This document shows positions 18,929 to 31,501 of a DNA stretch of 64,000 nt, in pieces. The stretch's first letter is position 1; each line of letters starts with the position of its first letter. This DNA is from Planctomycetota bacterium (lineage in GTDB: Bacteria > Planctomycetota > UBA1135 > UBA2386), in assembly GCA_965223545.1 (NCBI GenBank), contig OZ245006.1, positions 5,984,001 through 6,048,000 on the forward strand. Direction: 5' to 3'. The position numbers were made by a program, and so were the translations under genes. The notes under the pieces were generated by a model. It saw nothing but the letters and a program-made list of their open reading frames with translations, did not search any database and was not told the DNA's origin.

Positions 18929-20203
18929 TCATCGTTTGGCCGATGCCACCGGCCAATAGACCTCGGTGCGCCAGTGGGCGGGGTTCGGCTCGAGGCCCGG
19001 GTCCGACCAGTACATCTCCCAGAACGGGCCGGCGCTCGAAAGGCCTTGCTCCGCGATCCACTTCTGCACCCGGGCATAGGTCTGCGGCAGGTCGTGGTAG
19101 GGGCCGATGTGCCACGCGCGGACCACGCGTCCTCCGGGCAGAGTGCCGGCCTCGATGCGACCGGCCCCTTCGGGCTCTGCGGCCGCCACCGGGATCCCGG
19201 CTTCGAGGTCGATCGGGTCGCCCGCCGAGTGATAGCGGGAGAACGGCGCGCCCGCCGGCGGGATGCCCCGCTCGGTCAGATGTCGCATCACCTCGGGCAG
19301 GGCGATCGCCAGCGCACTGCCGATCTTCGCTATCTCGACCTTGCTGCGGATCGACAGCACCGGGCGCGGCGCGATCTCGACCACTTCGAGGGCGTCCCCC
19401 GTGTCCCCGCCGCTGCGCATTTTGGCGAAGGCCGCGCTGACATCGGCGGGCAGCGCGACGTCCGCCGCTGCGACGGGTCCACCGAGTTCGACGTGATCGG
19501 TGTGCAGCGTCATGACCAGCGGGCCGGCGTGCACCGTCGCGGTGCCGGCCACCGAGACGCCGCCGTGCTCCTCGAAGTCGGAAAAGCGCACTTGCACCGG
19601 GCGCGCCCGTTCACCCCCGCCGCGGTGCACGGTGACGCCGACCACCCGCTGTCGCCCCGCGTCGAGGTGCCACGTGTCCGGCGGACCGCCGTCGAGCGGG
19701 GTCAGCGCGATGCGCAGGCCCTCGCCACCGTCGTCGGTCGCCTCGACGCGAGCGTCGCGGTAGTGTGCGCGCCAGGTGCTCCACGGCGCGAGCCCGTAGA
19801 GGCGCCGCACGCGGCTGGCCGCACTGTCGTCGAGGGTGCGGGCGCCGTCCTCCGGATCGATCTCCCATGCCAGCCGGCCGTCGTAGCCGATCGCCATGCG
19901 GCCGATCTCCTCGAGCCGCACGTCGCGCGCGAAGCGCTCGCCGCTCGCGTGCTCGGACCACGTGCCCGCCACGGGTGCTTGCTCGGCGCCCGCGGGCTGC
20001 AGCGTGCAGCGGCCGCGCCGGGTCAAGGTGGTCGCCGTGTCCCGCAGCGCAGCGTGGCGTCGCTGCTCGAGCGCGTCGAGGATGGCGGCCGCGTCGGCGC
20101 CCGGCTCCAGGGCGGCGGCGGCGGGCGGGGTCGATGGGGCTTGGGCGGTTGCGGCGTGCGCCGAGACCGCCAGGATCGCGGCGGCGGTGCGGAGTTCGAT
20201 CAT
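18929..20203 (-). CDS. Secreted protein with C-terminal GyrI-like small-molecule-binding domain
   Basis: Signal peptide; C-terminal LPGGRVVRAWHIGPYHDLPQTY...WEMYWSDP...WRTEVYWPV. Confidence 0.8.
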   Translation of the reverse strand: MIELRTAAAILAVSAHAATAQAPSTPPAAAALEPGADAAAILDALEQRRHAALRDTATTLTRRGRCTLQPAGAEQAPVAGTWSEHASGERFARDVRLEEIGRMAIGYDGRLAWEIDPEDGARTLDDSAASRVRRLYGLAPWSTWRAHYRDARVEATDDGGEGLRIALTPLDGGPPDTWHLDAGRQRVVGVTVHRGGGERARPVQVRFSDFEEHGGVSVAGTATVHAGPLVMTLHTDHVELGGPVAAADVALPADVSAAFAKMRSGGDTGDALEVVEIAPRPVLSIRSKVEIAKIGSALAIALPEVMRHLTERGIPPAGAPFSRYHSAGDPIDLEAGIPVAAAEPEGAGRIEAGTLPGGRVVRAWHIGPYHDLPQTYARVQKWIAEQGLSSAGPFWEMYWSDPGLEPNPAHWRTEVYWPVASAKR

Positions 20204-20297
20204 GGTTGGTGCGAATGCAGAAGACTCCCTCGCGTACGCGGGGAGCCCGCCGATTCATCGATCTTTTCCGCGAGAATCCGGCGGCGACCGGGCCTCG

Positions 20298-20792
20298 TCA
20301 GTCCAGCTCCGTCAGCGCCTTGAGCATGTCGACCGTCGTCAACAACCCGACGACCTGACGCTGGCGGGTCACCAGCATGCGGTGCAGTCCGAGGTCCACC
20401 ATCTTCCGCGCGATCGCCGGCAGCGGCGCGTCGTGGGGCACGCTGTGGATCTGGGCCGTCATCACGTCGCGCGCGACGTCGTTGCTCTCGTCGGGGAAGC
20501 CGATCGGTGAGCCCTCGTCGGGAATCGGCCAATCCTCGGACGCGGCGTAGAAGCCGTGCTCGCGCCGCGGCCGCGCGTCGGGGTCGTCGACGTAGCGGTC
20601 GACGAGATCGCGCAGCGACAAGACGCCGACGATCTGACCGGCCTCGTCGGTGACGGGGGCGCCACCGATGCGGTGCTCGCTCAGGAGCCGCTCCACCTCG
20701 TCCAGCGGGGCGCTGCCCGGGATGGTGACGACGTCGGACTGCATGATGTCGGCCGCCGAAGGCCACTTCGTGGTTTGGGTGGGGTTTGTCAT
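20298..20792 (-). CDS. CBS domain protein
   Basis: AADIMQSDVVTI, HRIGGAPVTDEAGQIVGVLS, ARDVMT, VGLLTTVDML. Confidence 0.9.
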   Translation of the reverse strand: MTNPTQTTKWPSAADIMQSDVVTIPGSAPLDEVERLLSEHRIGGAPVTDEAGQIVGVLSLRDLVDRYVDDPDARPRREHGFYAASEDWPIPDEGSPIGFPDESNDVARDVMTAQIHSVPHDAPLPAIARKMVDLGLHRMLVTRQRQVVGLLTTVDMLKALTELD

Positions 20793-20896
20793 CGCTCGGT
20801 CCCTCTGCCCTTGGCAACGTGCCGTGCGCGCGGTTGTTTCGCCCGGTCCCGATTCGTCCCGCTGCGCTCTGCCGGCGTCGCCTACCATGGCCGTCG

Positions 20897-21418
20897 ATGA
20901 ACCAGCGGCGGATGCGTCCCGAGTTCGAGCAGCGCGTGGGCTGCTCCGCCGAGGCACTGCGGCAGGTGCTGAGCGAGCAGCTGGCGGAGGAGGCCGCGCC
21001 GTGCACCGGGCGCGTCTTCGACGACTACGCGATTCTGCGCGTGCGGACGGACACGCCGGCATTTTGGGCGCCGGTGCTGCACCTGCAGTGCACGCAAGAG
21101 CAGGACGAGTCCGTCTTACACGGCCGGTTCTCGCCCAGCTCGCCGGTGTGGACCATGTTCGTCGCGGTCTACATCCTGTTGGCGATCATCGCCGTCGCCG
21201 GCGCCTCGTACGGTGGTGCGCAGTGGACCATGGGCGATCCGCCACATGCCTTCTGGGCGGTACCGGCCGCCGTGCTGGCCGCGGCCTTCACCTACGGCGC
21301 GGCGTTCATCGGGCAGGGTCTCGGTGCTGAAGAGATGTACGTGCTGCGCTCGTTCGTCGACCGCGTGGTCGCGCGGGTGTCGGAACGTTCGTGCGAGGCG
21401 GAGCTGGGGCCGGCATGA
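20897..21418 (+). CDS. Hypothetical membrane protein (2 TM)
   Basis: Two hydrophobic segments; the stop overlaps the ECF start (ATGA). Confidence 0.65.
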   Translation: MNQRRMRPEFEQRVGCSAEALRQVLSEQLAEEAAPCTGRVFDDYAILRVRTDTPAFWAPVLHLQCTQEQDESVLHGRFSPSSPVWTMFVAVYILLAIIAVAGASYGGAQWTMGDPPHAFWAVPAAVLAAAFTYGAAFIGQGLGAEEMYVLRSFVDRVVARVSERSCEAELGPA

Positions 21419-22106
21419 CCCCGCAGTCAAGCCCGACGCCGATCCCGGCCGCGGCATTTCCTACCACTTGCTGGTCGCGGGTGTTGGGCGGCGGCCGGCG
21501 GCCGGATCTCGAGGAGCTCGCGCGCCTGTACTGGCATCCGGTCTACGCGGCGATCCGCGCCCGGGGTGCGGACCACCACGATGCGCACGACCTGACCCAG
21601 GAGTTCTTCGTCTGGTTGATGGAGCGCGGAGTGCTGGCCCGCGCCGAGCGCAGCCGCGGTCGGTTCCGCGCCTTCCTCAAGACCGTCCTACAGCGCTTCT
21701 TGATCGGCCGGCACCGCCGCGCGCACGCGCGCGGGCGTGGATTGGCGTCGCCGGCGGTGGACGCCGCGCCCTCGGCCGAGCCGTCGCCTGATGAGGTGCT
21801 CGACGCCGCGTGGCGCGCGGCGTTGGTGCAGCAGGCCTTCGATGGCCTGCAGCGCGAGCTCGAGGCCGCCGGCCGCGGGCGTCACTTCGCGGTGTTTCGC
21901 GAGTTCTTCACCGCGGTCGAGGCGCCGGACTACCGCGCGCTGGCGGCCCGCCACGAGATCAGTACCGCACAGGTGTCGAACGCGCTGCAGTACTGCAAGC
22001 GGCGTTACCGGGCGCTGCTGCGCGCCGCGGTGCTCGACACCGTCACCGACGAAGAGTCGCTGCGGGCGGAGCTGCGCTGGTTGTTCGGGCCGCAGGAGGC
22101 CGAGCG

Positions 22107-22110
<4 letters not shown>
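21415..22110 (+). CDS. ECF sigma-70 factor (kinase-associated type)
   Basis: FPTTCWSRV, LARLYWHPVYA, DAHDLTQEFF, GRFRAFLKT; C-terminal HTH. Confidence 0.85.
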
Positions 22111-24428
<2,318 letters not shown>

Positions 24429-24488
24429 TCTCCCGGTTCCGCTGGGGCGACGGCTCCGTATGACTATGGTGTCACCCGTTCCGTTCTC

Positions 24489-25487
24489 ATGACGACCACC
24501 CCGGGAAGCCTCGGTAGCGCTCCTGCCTCAAGCACCGCGTTGCGGCCACATTCGACGTTGGCGTTGGCGCAGGAGCTGCTGCGCCGCGTGCAGGCCGATG
24601 GCGTCGCGCCCGGCCGGTCGATGAAGGTTTTGGGCCGGGTCGCCGCCGAGCTGGCGCCACGCACTCAGCTGGCCGGCAACCGCTACTCGGTCGCGTGCTC
24701 GCAGGTGCCCCTGCGCAAGCTCCTGGCCCATCCCGACGTCGGATCCAAAGGCTTGCACGGCGCGACCTGCGTCGACGTCGGCTGCGGCAACCTCAACCCG
24801 CTCGGCGGCGTCTTCGCCACCGTGCTGTTCGGCGCGGCCAAGGGCATCGCGCTCGATCTCGAGCGCGTGTTGTCGATCCCGGCGGCGACCCGGGCTCTGT
24901 TCGAGGTCGCCACTTGGGCGCTCGCCGGTGCCCCCGGCCTAGGCGCCGCCGCCGACCCCGGTCTCGTCGCGCGGCAGCTCGCCACCTTCGATCTCGCCAA
25001 GCTGGCGGTCGGCGACGCGAAGGGGATCGACGATCGCATGCTGCAGTTCCGCCAGGCGTCGGCGGGCGAGACCGGCCTGGACAACGGGAGCGTCGACGCG
25101 CTGACGTCGAAGTCGTTTCTCGAGCACATCGAGGACATCGACGGCGTGCTGGCCGAGCTGGCGCGGATCACCCGCCCCGGCGGGGTCGGCTTCCACGCCA
25201 TCGACGGCTACGACCACCGCCACTGGGGCGACGACCGCGTGCACCCCCTGGAGTTTCTGCGCGACGGCTCGGAGGCTTCGATGGTGCACGGCTGCAACCG
25301 CATCCGGCCGCTGCAGTTCGCCGCCTTGTTCGAACGCCACGGCTTCGCGGTGCGCCGCGTCGTCAAGGGCTTCCAGCGCGTGGAGATCACGCCGGCGCTG
25401 CGCGCCTCGTTCGCCGCGCCGTTCCGCGTCCTGCCCGATGACGTCTTGGCCGAGGGCGCGGCCGAGTTCTTCGTCGTCCGCGTCTGA
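24489..25487 (+). CDS. Class I SAM-dependent methyltransferase
   Basis: VDVGCG, SVDALTSKSFLEHI, RITRPGG. Confidence 0.8.
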   Translation: MTTTPGSLGSAPASSTALRPHSTLALAQELLRRVQADGVAPGRSMKVLGRVAAELAPRTQLAGNRYSVACSQVPLRKLLAHPDVGSKGLHGATCVDVGCGNLNPLGGVFATVLFGAAKGIALDLERVLSIPAATRALFEVATWALAGAPGLGAAADPGLVARQLATFDLAKLAVGDAKGIDDRMLQFRQASAGETGLDNGSVDALTSKSFLEHIEDIDGVLAELARITRPGGVGFHAIDGYDHRHWGDDRVHPLEFLRDGSEASMVHGCNRIRPLQFAALFERHGFAVRRVVKGFQRVEITPALRASFAAPFRVLPDDVLAEGAAEFFVVRV

Positions 25488-25503
25488 GCGGCGACGCCCT
25501 GGT

Positions 25504-26256
25504 TCACGTCGTCGTCGCCACTGCTTGCACGAAGCGGCGCACGCAATCGGCGTCGGTGAACTGCAGCTCGTACTCGCCGGGGGCGTCGCCGGCACCCATG
25601 TAGGGTCGTGGATTGCGGTAGCGCATCGCGCTCTCACGGCGGCCGAAGGCGGTGAAGTGCAGCTCGCGCGCGCCGGTGCGCGCCGCGACATCGGCGATGT
25701 TGTCGGCGGTGATCCCACAACCGGGCATCACCGTGATGCGGTCGCCGGCGTGCTCCACCAGTCGGCGCAAGAGCTCGATGCCGGCCGGCACGGTGTCTTC
25801 TTGGCCCGAGGTGAGCACGCGGTCGATGCCGAGTTCGACCAGTGTTTCCAACGCTTCGAACGGCTCATGGGTCATGTCGAACGCGCGGTGGAAGGTGACC
25901 CCCAGCGGCCGCGCGGCCTCGACGAGCCGCGCGCTGCGCTCGCGGTCGACGCGGCCGTCGGCGGTCAGGATGCCGAACACCACGCCGGCGACGCCGGCCT
26001 CTTTCGCCTGCGCCACGTCGTGGAGCATCGCCTCGAACTCGAGCGCGTCGTAGAGGAAGTCGCCGCCCCGCGGCCGGATCATCACCATTACCGGGATGCT
26101 GCCGCGCTCCGCGGCGAGCCGCATGGCGCCGGCACTCGGCGTGATGCCGCCCTCGACCAGGTCGGCGCACAACTCGGCGCGGTCGGCACCGCCGGCCGCT
26201 GCGGCCAGCACGTCGGCGACGGACTCCAAACAGACTTCGAGCAGGGGCGCGGGCAT
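25504..26256 (-). CDS. cutC: Copper homeostasis protein CutC
   Basis: LEVCLES, GADRAELC, GGITPS, MIRPRGGDF, TFHRAFD, RVLTSG. Confidence 0.93.
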   Translation of the reverse strand: MPAPLLEVCLESVADVLAAAAGGADRAELCADLVEGGITPSAGAMRLAAERGSIPVMVMIRPRGGDFLYDALEFEAMLHDVAQAKEAGVAGVVFGILTADGRVDRERSARLVEAARPLGVTFHRAFDMTHEPFEALETLVELGIDRVLTSGQEDTVPAGIELLRRLVEHAGDRITVMPGCGITADNIADVAARTGARELHFTAFGRRESAMRYRNPRPYMGAGDAPGEYELQFTDADCVRRFVQAVATTT

Positions 26257-26382
26257 CGGGGGCATCTCGCTCAGCCCGGCCGCGGGGCATCGTGGCCGGA
26301 TCGGTTTTTCGGGAGTTTCGGGCCCCGGGGTATCGTTGCAAACCGTTTTGCCGCGGCCACCTCCTCTGCTACGAACGCGCCC

Positions 26383-27372
26383 ATGACCGACGTCGTTTCC
26401 ATCGCCGAGAAGATCCAGCAAGACAGCGAGCATCTGCGCCGCGTCAAGCAGGCGCTGCAGGGAGTGATCGTCGGCCAGGAGGAGCTGGTCGAGGGGCTCC
26501 TGATCGCGCTGCTCGCCGACGGCCACGTGCTACTGGAGGGCTTGCCTGGCTTGGCGAAGTCCCTGGCGGTCTCGAGCCTCGCGCAAGCCGTCGGCGGCAG
26601 CTTTCGCCGGGTGCAGTTCACTCCCGATCTGCTGCCGGCCGACCTGATCGGCACGCACGTCTACAACCCCAAGACCGGCGAGTGGAGCGTCAAAGAGGGA
26701 CCGCTGTTCGCCAACTTCGTGCTCGCCGACGAGATCAACCGCGCGCCGGCCAAGGTGCAGTCGGCGCTGCTCGAGGCGATGCAGGAGCGGCAGATCTCGC
26801 TGGGTGGCGAGACGCGGACACTGCCGCACCCGTTCTTGGTCTTGGCCACCCAGAACCCGGTCGAGCAGGAGGGGACCTATCCACTGCCCGAGGCGCAGGT
26901 CGACCGCTTCATGACCAAGCTGGTGGTCGGCTATCCGGACCGTGACCAGGAGAAGGCGATCATCGACCGCATGGGCACGGCTTCGGCGGCGCCCGCCGTC
27001 GCGGCCGCGACCACGCCCGAGCGCTTGCTGGAGAGCCGCCGGCTGGTCGACTCGATCTACGTCGACGACAAGGTCAAGGGCTACGTCGTCGACCTGGTGT
27101 TCGCCACCCGCGAGCCGGCGCAGGTCGGGCTCGAGCGACTGGCGCCGCTCATTCTCTACGGCGCCTCGCCCCGCGCCTCGCTGGCGCTGACGCGCGCCGC
27201 GCGCGCGCGGGCGTTCCTCGAGGGCCGGGGGTTCGTCACGCCGCAGGACGTCAAGGCAGTGGGCATGCCGGTGCTGCGCCACCGCGTGATCACCACCTAC
27301 GAGGCCGAGGCCGAGGAGTTGACGTCCGAAGACCTGCTGCGGCAGATCTTCGATTCGGTGCCGGTACCTTGA
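26383..27372 (+). CDS. moxR: MoxR family AAA+ ATPase
   Basis: HVLLEGLPGLAKS, RVQFTPDLLPADLIG, LADEINRAPAKVQSALLEAMQE, ATQNPVEQEGTYPLPEAQVDRF. Confidence 0.95.
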   Translation: MTDVVSIAEKIQQDSEHLRRVKQALQGVIVGQEELVEGLLIALLADGHVLLEGLPGLAKSLAVSSLAQAVGGSFRRVQFTPDLLPADLIGTHVYNPKTGEWSVKEGPLFANFVLADEINRAPAKVQSALLEAMQERQISLGGETRTLPHPFLVLATQNPVEQEGTYPLPEAQVDRFMTKLVVGYPDRDQEKAIIDRMGTASAAPAVAAATTPERLLESRRLVDSIYVDDKVKGYVVDLVFATREPAQVGLERLAPLILYGASPRASLALTRAARARAFLEGRGFVTPQDVKAVGMPVLRHRVITTYEAEAEELTSEDLLRQIFDSVPVP

Positions 27373-27574
27373 GCGTCCGGGGCCGAGAATCTTCGCGCGG
27401 CGACAACCTGTCGGAAGGCTCGATGGCGCTGGAACTTCGACAACGCAGCTCCCGGAGGCTCGAGGACAACACTGGGGTCTGGGCTCAGCGCGGCCGGCCG
27501 GCACCGTGGGAATCGCGGGCACTGCTACTGTCGCGGTGCGCTCCGTCTTTGGTTGCGGCCCTGTCCGCGCTGAG
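27370..27574 (+). repeat. ~200-bp structured intergenic element, copy C
   Basis: Begins at the moxR TGA stop and ends at CCGCGCTGAG(27565-27574); reverse-complement match to copy A. Confidence 0.85.
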
Positions 27575-27592
27575 AGTCTGAGGTCGAGAGTC

Positions 27593-28483
27593 TTGATCGA
27601 CCGCGACATCCTCGCCCAGGTGCGCCGCATCCAGGTGCGCACCAACCGCATGGTCACCGACGTGATGGCTGGCGGCTACCTGTCGGTGTTCCGCGGCTCG
27701 GGCATCGAGTTCGACGAGGTGCGCGAGTTCGCCGAGGGCGACGAGCTGCGCGCCGTCGACTGGAACGTCACCGCGCGCACTGGCCGGCCGCACGTCAAGA
27801 AGTACATGGAGGAGCGCGAGCTCACCGTGCTGTTCGTCCTCGACCTGTCGGCCTCGACGCAGTTCGGCACGACGGCGCGCGGGGACGGCGTGCGCACGGT
27901 GCGCGAGACCGCGGCGGAGTTCTGTGCTTGCCTCGCACTGGCCGCATCGCGCAACAACGACAAGGCCGGCATGGTGGCGTTCACCGATCGCATCGAGCGC
28001 TACGTGCCGGCGAAGAAAGGCACCAGCCACGTGCTGCGGCTGATCCGCGAGGCGTTGGCGCTGGAGACCGAGGGGCGCGGTACCGACATCGCCGCGGCGC
28101 TCGACTACGCCGCGCGCGTGCAACGCCGCCGGGCGGTGGTGTTCGTGGTCAGCGATTTCATCGGCGGCGGCTACGACCACTCGCTGCGGCTGTTGGCCAA
28201 GCGGCACGACGTCGTCGCCGTGCGCCTCATGGACCGCGCCACCTACGATCCACCGCGCGCCGGCTTGCTGCGGCTGCGCGATCTGGAGACCGGTGAGGCC
28301 AGCTGGGTGGACACGTCGTATCGGCCGTTTCGCAGTGCGCACCGCGCTCGCATCGAGAGTTGGGACGCGCAGCTCGCCGCCGAGTTCCGCCGCGCCGGCG
28401 TCGATCAGCTGCAGCTGTGGCCGGACCGCAGCGTGGCCGATCCGATCGTCGCGTTCTTCCGCACCCGGGAGATGCGCAAATGA
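27593..28483 (+). CDS. DUF58 domain protein
   Basis: YLSVFRGSGIEFDEVREF..GDELRAVDWNVTAR, EERELTV, VVSDF. Confidence 0.92.
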   Translation: MIDRDILAQVRRIQVRTNRMVTDVMAGGYLSVFRGSGIEFDEVREFAEGDELRAVDWNVTARTGRPHVKKYMEERELTVLFVLDLSASTQFGTTARGDGVRTVRETAAEFCACLALAASRNNDKAGMVAFTDRIERYVPAKKGTSHVLRLIREALALETEGRGTDIAAALDYAARVQRRRAVVFVVSDFIGGGYDHSLRLLAKRHDVVAVRLMDRATYDPPRAGLLRLRDLETGEASWVDTSYRPFRSAHRARIESWDAQLAAEFRRAGVDQLQLWPDRSVADPIVAFFRTREMRK

Positions 28484-29538
28484 GGGCTGCGCTGGCAACC
28501 CGCGCGGCGCGGGGGCGGGGGGTGGTGTTGTTGGCACTTGCCGTCCTGCCGGCAGTGACCGGCTGCGCGCCCCCGGCGCCGGGCGTGGCTGGCGAGTCGC
28601 AGTCCCGCAGGCCCCAGGCGGGCGAGCCCCTGTTCGGCGAGCAGCCGGCGCGCCCGCTCGACCTACGCGCGGCGCTGTCGGCCGACGAAGTCGCGCTCCT
28701 CGGCGACGTCGAGCTCTGCATCGACCTCTTCGTCGAGACCGGCGCGGTCGCGGAGTTCGCCCCCGAACTGCCGGCCGACTTCGCCACGCACGGCGCCGAC
28801 GAGGCCCCGGTCGTGCGCGCGGTCGAGGGCGGTGAATGGCGGCGCTACCGCATCCGGTTGCGGCCGACGCGCACCGGTACGCTGGAGGTGCCGCAGCTGT
28901 CGGCGCGCACCGAAGACGGTGCGGTCGCCACCAGCCGCGCGCTGTCGCTGGAGGTCGGCAGCGTGCTGAGCGAACCGGACAGCGACGTGGAAGCGCCCGC
29001 ACCGCCGTTTCCCGCGCGCTTCGACTGGCAGCCGTGGGCCCTCGCCGCGGCGGTGGCGCTGATCTGTTTCACCGGGCTGTGGTACTGGCTGCGCCGGCGC
29101 CGCGGCCAGCGATCGCCGGTGGCGGCGACGCCGCTGCCGCCGCACGTCACCGCGCTGCGTGCGCTCGGCCGACTGCGCAACGCGCCGCGCACCACCGCGG
29201 CCGAGGTCGAGCAGTTCTACGTCGAGGTGTCGCGCATCCTGCGCACCTATCTCGAGCAACGCTTCGCGCTGCGCGCGCCCGAGCGGACCACCGAGGAGTT
29301 CCTGCTCGAGCTGCGCAGCGGCGACACGTTGACCGTCGCCCAGCGCGAGCAGCTGGCCGAGTTCTTGGCGCAGTGCGATCTGGTGAAGTTCGCGCGGGCG
29401 CAGCCGGCGGAGGAGGTCCACGCCCGCACGTTCGAGGTCGCCGAGCAGTTCGTCGAGGCGACCCGCGGCGATCGCCAGGGGGCCGAGTCCCGCCCCGAGG
29501 TTGCGCCGGCGGCCACGGCGGAGGGAGCTCCGGGATGA
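28480..29538 (+). CDS. Bat-operon membrane/lipoprotein (DUF4381-like)
   Basis: Lipobox-like VTGC, TM helix, LRTYLEQRF..APERTTEEFL, DLVKFA; position in operon. Confidence 0.7.
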   Translation: MRAALATRAARGRGVVLLALAVLPAVTGCAPPAPGVAGESQSRRPQAGEPLFGEQPARPLDLRAALSADEVALLGDVELCIDLFVETGAVAEFAPELPADFATHGADEAPVVRAVEGGEWRRYRIRLRPTRTGTLEVPQLSARTEDGAVATSRALSLEVGSVLSEPDSDVEAPAPPFPARFDWQPWALAAAVALICFTGLWYWLRRRRGQRSPVAATPLPPHVTALRALGRLRNAPRTTAAEVEQFYVEVSRILRTYLEQRFALRAPERTTEEFLLELRSGDTLTVAQREQLAEFLAQCDLVKFARAQPAEEVHARTFEVAEQFVEATRGDRQGAESRPEVAPAATAEGAPG

Positions 29539-30518
29539 ACTCGGTCTTCGAGTGGACACTGCTGGACCCGTGGTTCTTGGCTCTGGCGCTGCCGGTGTGG
29601 GCAGCGTGGGGCTGGCGCCGGCGCCGGCCGCGCGCGGCGTTGCCGAGTGCCTCGCTCGGCATGCTCGCCGGTCTGCCGCGCTCTCCGCGGGCGCGCCTGC
29701 ACTGGCTGCCGTCGGTGTGCGTGGCGCTGGCCGGCACCATGTTCACGCTGGCGTTGGCACGGCCGGTGTCGCGCGACGTGCTGCCGCTGCGCGAGCAGGG
29801 GGTCGACATCCTCTTGCTGGTCGATTGCTCCAGCTCGATGAACTCGCCGGACATGGACGCCGCTCTGCAGACGCGGCGCATCGACGCGGCGCGGCGGCAG
29901 GCGCTCGAGTTCGCCGCCGGCCGCGAGCAGGACCGGGTCGGGCTGATCACCTACGCGCGGTTCGCCGAGCTGCGCTGCCCGCTGACGCTGGACGGCAGGG
30001 CGCTGGCGGCGTTCCTGCAGTCGGTGCAGACGGTGCAGGCCAAGGAGGAGGACGGCACCGCGATCGGCGTCGCCCTGGCCGAGGCGGTGCGGTTCATGGA
30101 AGGCAGCGAGACCGCCTCGAAGGTGATCGTGCTGCTGACCGACGGGGAGAACAACCAGGCCCAGGTGTTGCCGATCGACGCCGCCAAGCTCGCCGCCGAT
30201 GCCGGCATTCGGGTGCACACCATCGGCCTCGGCCACGGACGGTTGATCCGGGACCTGACGGGCCAGGTGAGTGCGATCCCCGCCGACTTCTCCGAGCTCG
30301 AGAAGATCGCGGAGATCACCGGTGGCGAGTTCTTCAAGGCGTTGGACCAACAATCGCTGGGCCACGTCTACGCCGCCATCGATCAGATGGAGAAGGTCGA
30401 GCTGGAGGATCCGCGCTATCGGACCACCGAGGAGTTCGTCCTCCCGCTGGTGGTGGGCGCCGGCCTCCTGGCGCTGGCGCTGCTCCTCGAGCTCCTTTGG
30501 TTGCGGGGGATGCCGTGA
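29535..30518 (+). CDS. batA: VWA domain protein, BatA-like
   Basis: LALARP, MIDAS DCSSSM, DRVGLI, GTAIG, VLLTDGENN, TGGEFF. Confidence 0.85.
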   Translation: MNSVFEWTLLDPWFLALALPVWAAWGWRRRRPRAALPSASLGMLAGLPRSPRARLHWLPSVCVALAGTMFTLALARPVSRDVLPLREQGVDILLLVDCSSSMNSPDMDAALQTRRIDAARRQALEFAAGREQDRVGLITYARFAELRCPLTLDGRALAAFLQSVQTVQAKEEDGTAIGVALAEAVRFMEGSETASKVIVLLTDGENNQAQVLPIDAAKLAADAGIRVHTIGLGHGRLIRDLTGQVSAIPADFSELEKIAEITGGEFFKALDQQSLGHVYAAIDQMEKVELEDPRYRTTEEFVLPLVVGAGLLALALLLELLWLRGMP

Positions 30519-31501
30519 ACGGGCTCGCCTTCGAACGCGCGGAATGGTGGCCGCTGCTGCTGTTGGTACCGGTGCTTTGGTGGGCGCTGTGGTCGGTGCT
30601 GCGCGCCGCGCGGCGCGGTGCGCGCACCTACGGTGCGCGTTGTACCGAACGCCCCCGCACGCCGGCGGCCCGCGCCACGCTCTGGACCGGGCTGTCGGCC
30701 TTGTTGCTGCTGACCTGGATCGAGCCGCTGCTGGGCGAGGAGACGGTGGCGGTGGAGCGGCGCGGCCTCGACGTGATCTTCTGTCTGGACACCTCGCGCT
30801 CGATGCTGGCGCGCGACCTCGACCCGTCACGCCTGGCGCGCGCCAAGCGCGACATCGAGTCGGTGTTGCCGCGGCTGGTGGGTGGCGACCGCGTCGGCCT
30901 GGTCGCCTTTGCCGGCGAGGCGCGGCTGGTGGTGCCGCTCACCCACGACCTGGATTCGTTCCGACACCTGTTGGCGCCGATCGATACCGATTTGGTGCGG
31001 CTGGGTGGCACCGACCTGGCGACGGCCCTGCGCGCCGCGCTCGACGTCGCCGACGAGGACGAGGCACAAACCACCGTCGTCGTCATGCTGACCGACGGCG
31101 AGGATCTCACCGGGGCCGGCCGGCAGGCGGCGGCCGAGGCGGCGTCGCGCGGAGTCGTCGTGCACACCGTCGGCTACGGCTCGACGCGCGGTGCCAAGAT
31201 CCTCGTCGACGATCGTGGCAGCAGCGAGTTCTTGCGCGGCGGTGACGGCGAGGAGGTCGTCAGCGTGCTCGACACCGAGGGACTGCGCGCGATCGCCCGG
31301 GCCACGGGCGGTGAGTTCGTGCGCGCTGACGTGATGGCGTTGCCGCTGGTAGAGTTGAAGGACAAGCGCATGGATCCGCTGGTCAAGCGAGCCTATGACG
31401 CCGGTGAAGAGACCGTGCAGAAGACCCGGTTTCAGTGGGTCTTGCTGCCGGCGGTCGTGCTGTTGATCTTGGAGTTGCTGCGCGCTGGAGGTCGCCCGTG
31501 A
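30515..31501 (+). CDS. batB: VWA domain protein, BatB-like
   Basis: DTSRSMLARDLDPSRLARAK, DRVGLVAFAG, PLTHD, LTDGED. Confidence 0.85.
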   Translation: MNGLAFERAEWWPLLLLVPVLWWALWSVLRAARRGARTYGARCTERPRTPAARATLWTGLSALLLLTWIEPLLGEETVAVERRGLDVIFCLDTSRSMLARDLDPSRLARAKRDIESVLPRLVGGDRVGLVAFAGEARLVVPLTHDLDSFRHLLAPIDTDLVRLGGTDLATALRAALDVADEDEAQTTVVVMLTDGEDLTGAGRQAAAEAASRGVVVHTVGYGSTRGAKILVDDRGSSEFLRGGDGEEVVSVLDTEGLRAIARATGGEFVRADVMALPLVELKDKRMDPLVKRAYDAGEETVQKTRFQWVLLPAVVLLILELLRAGGRP

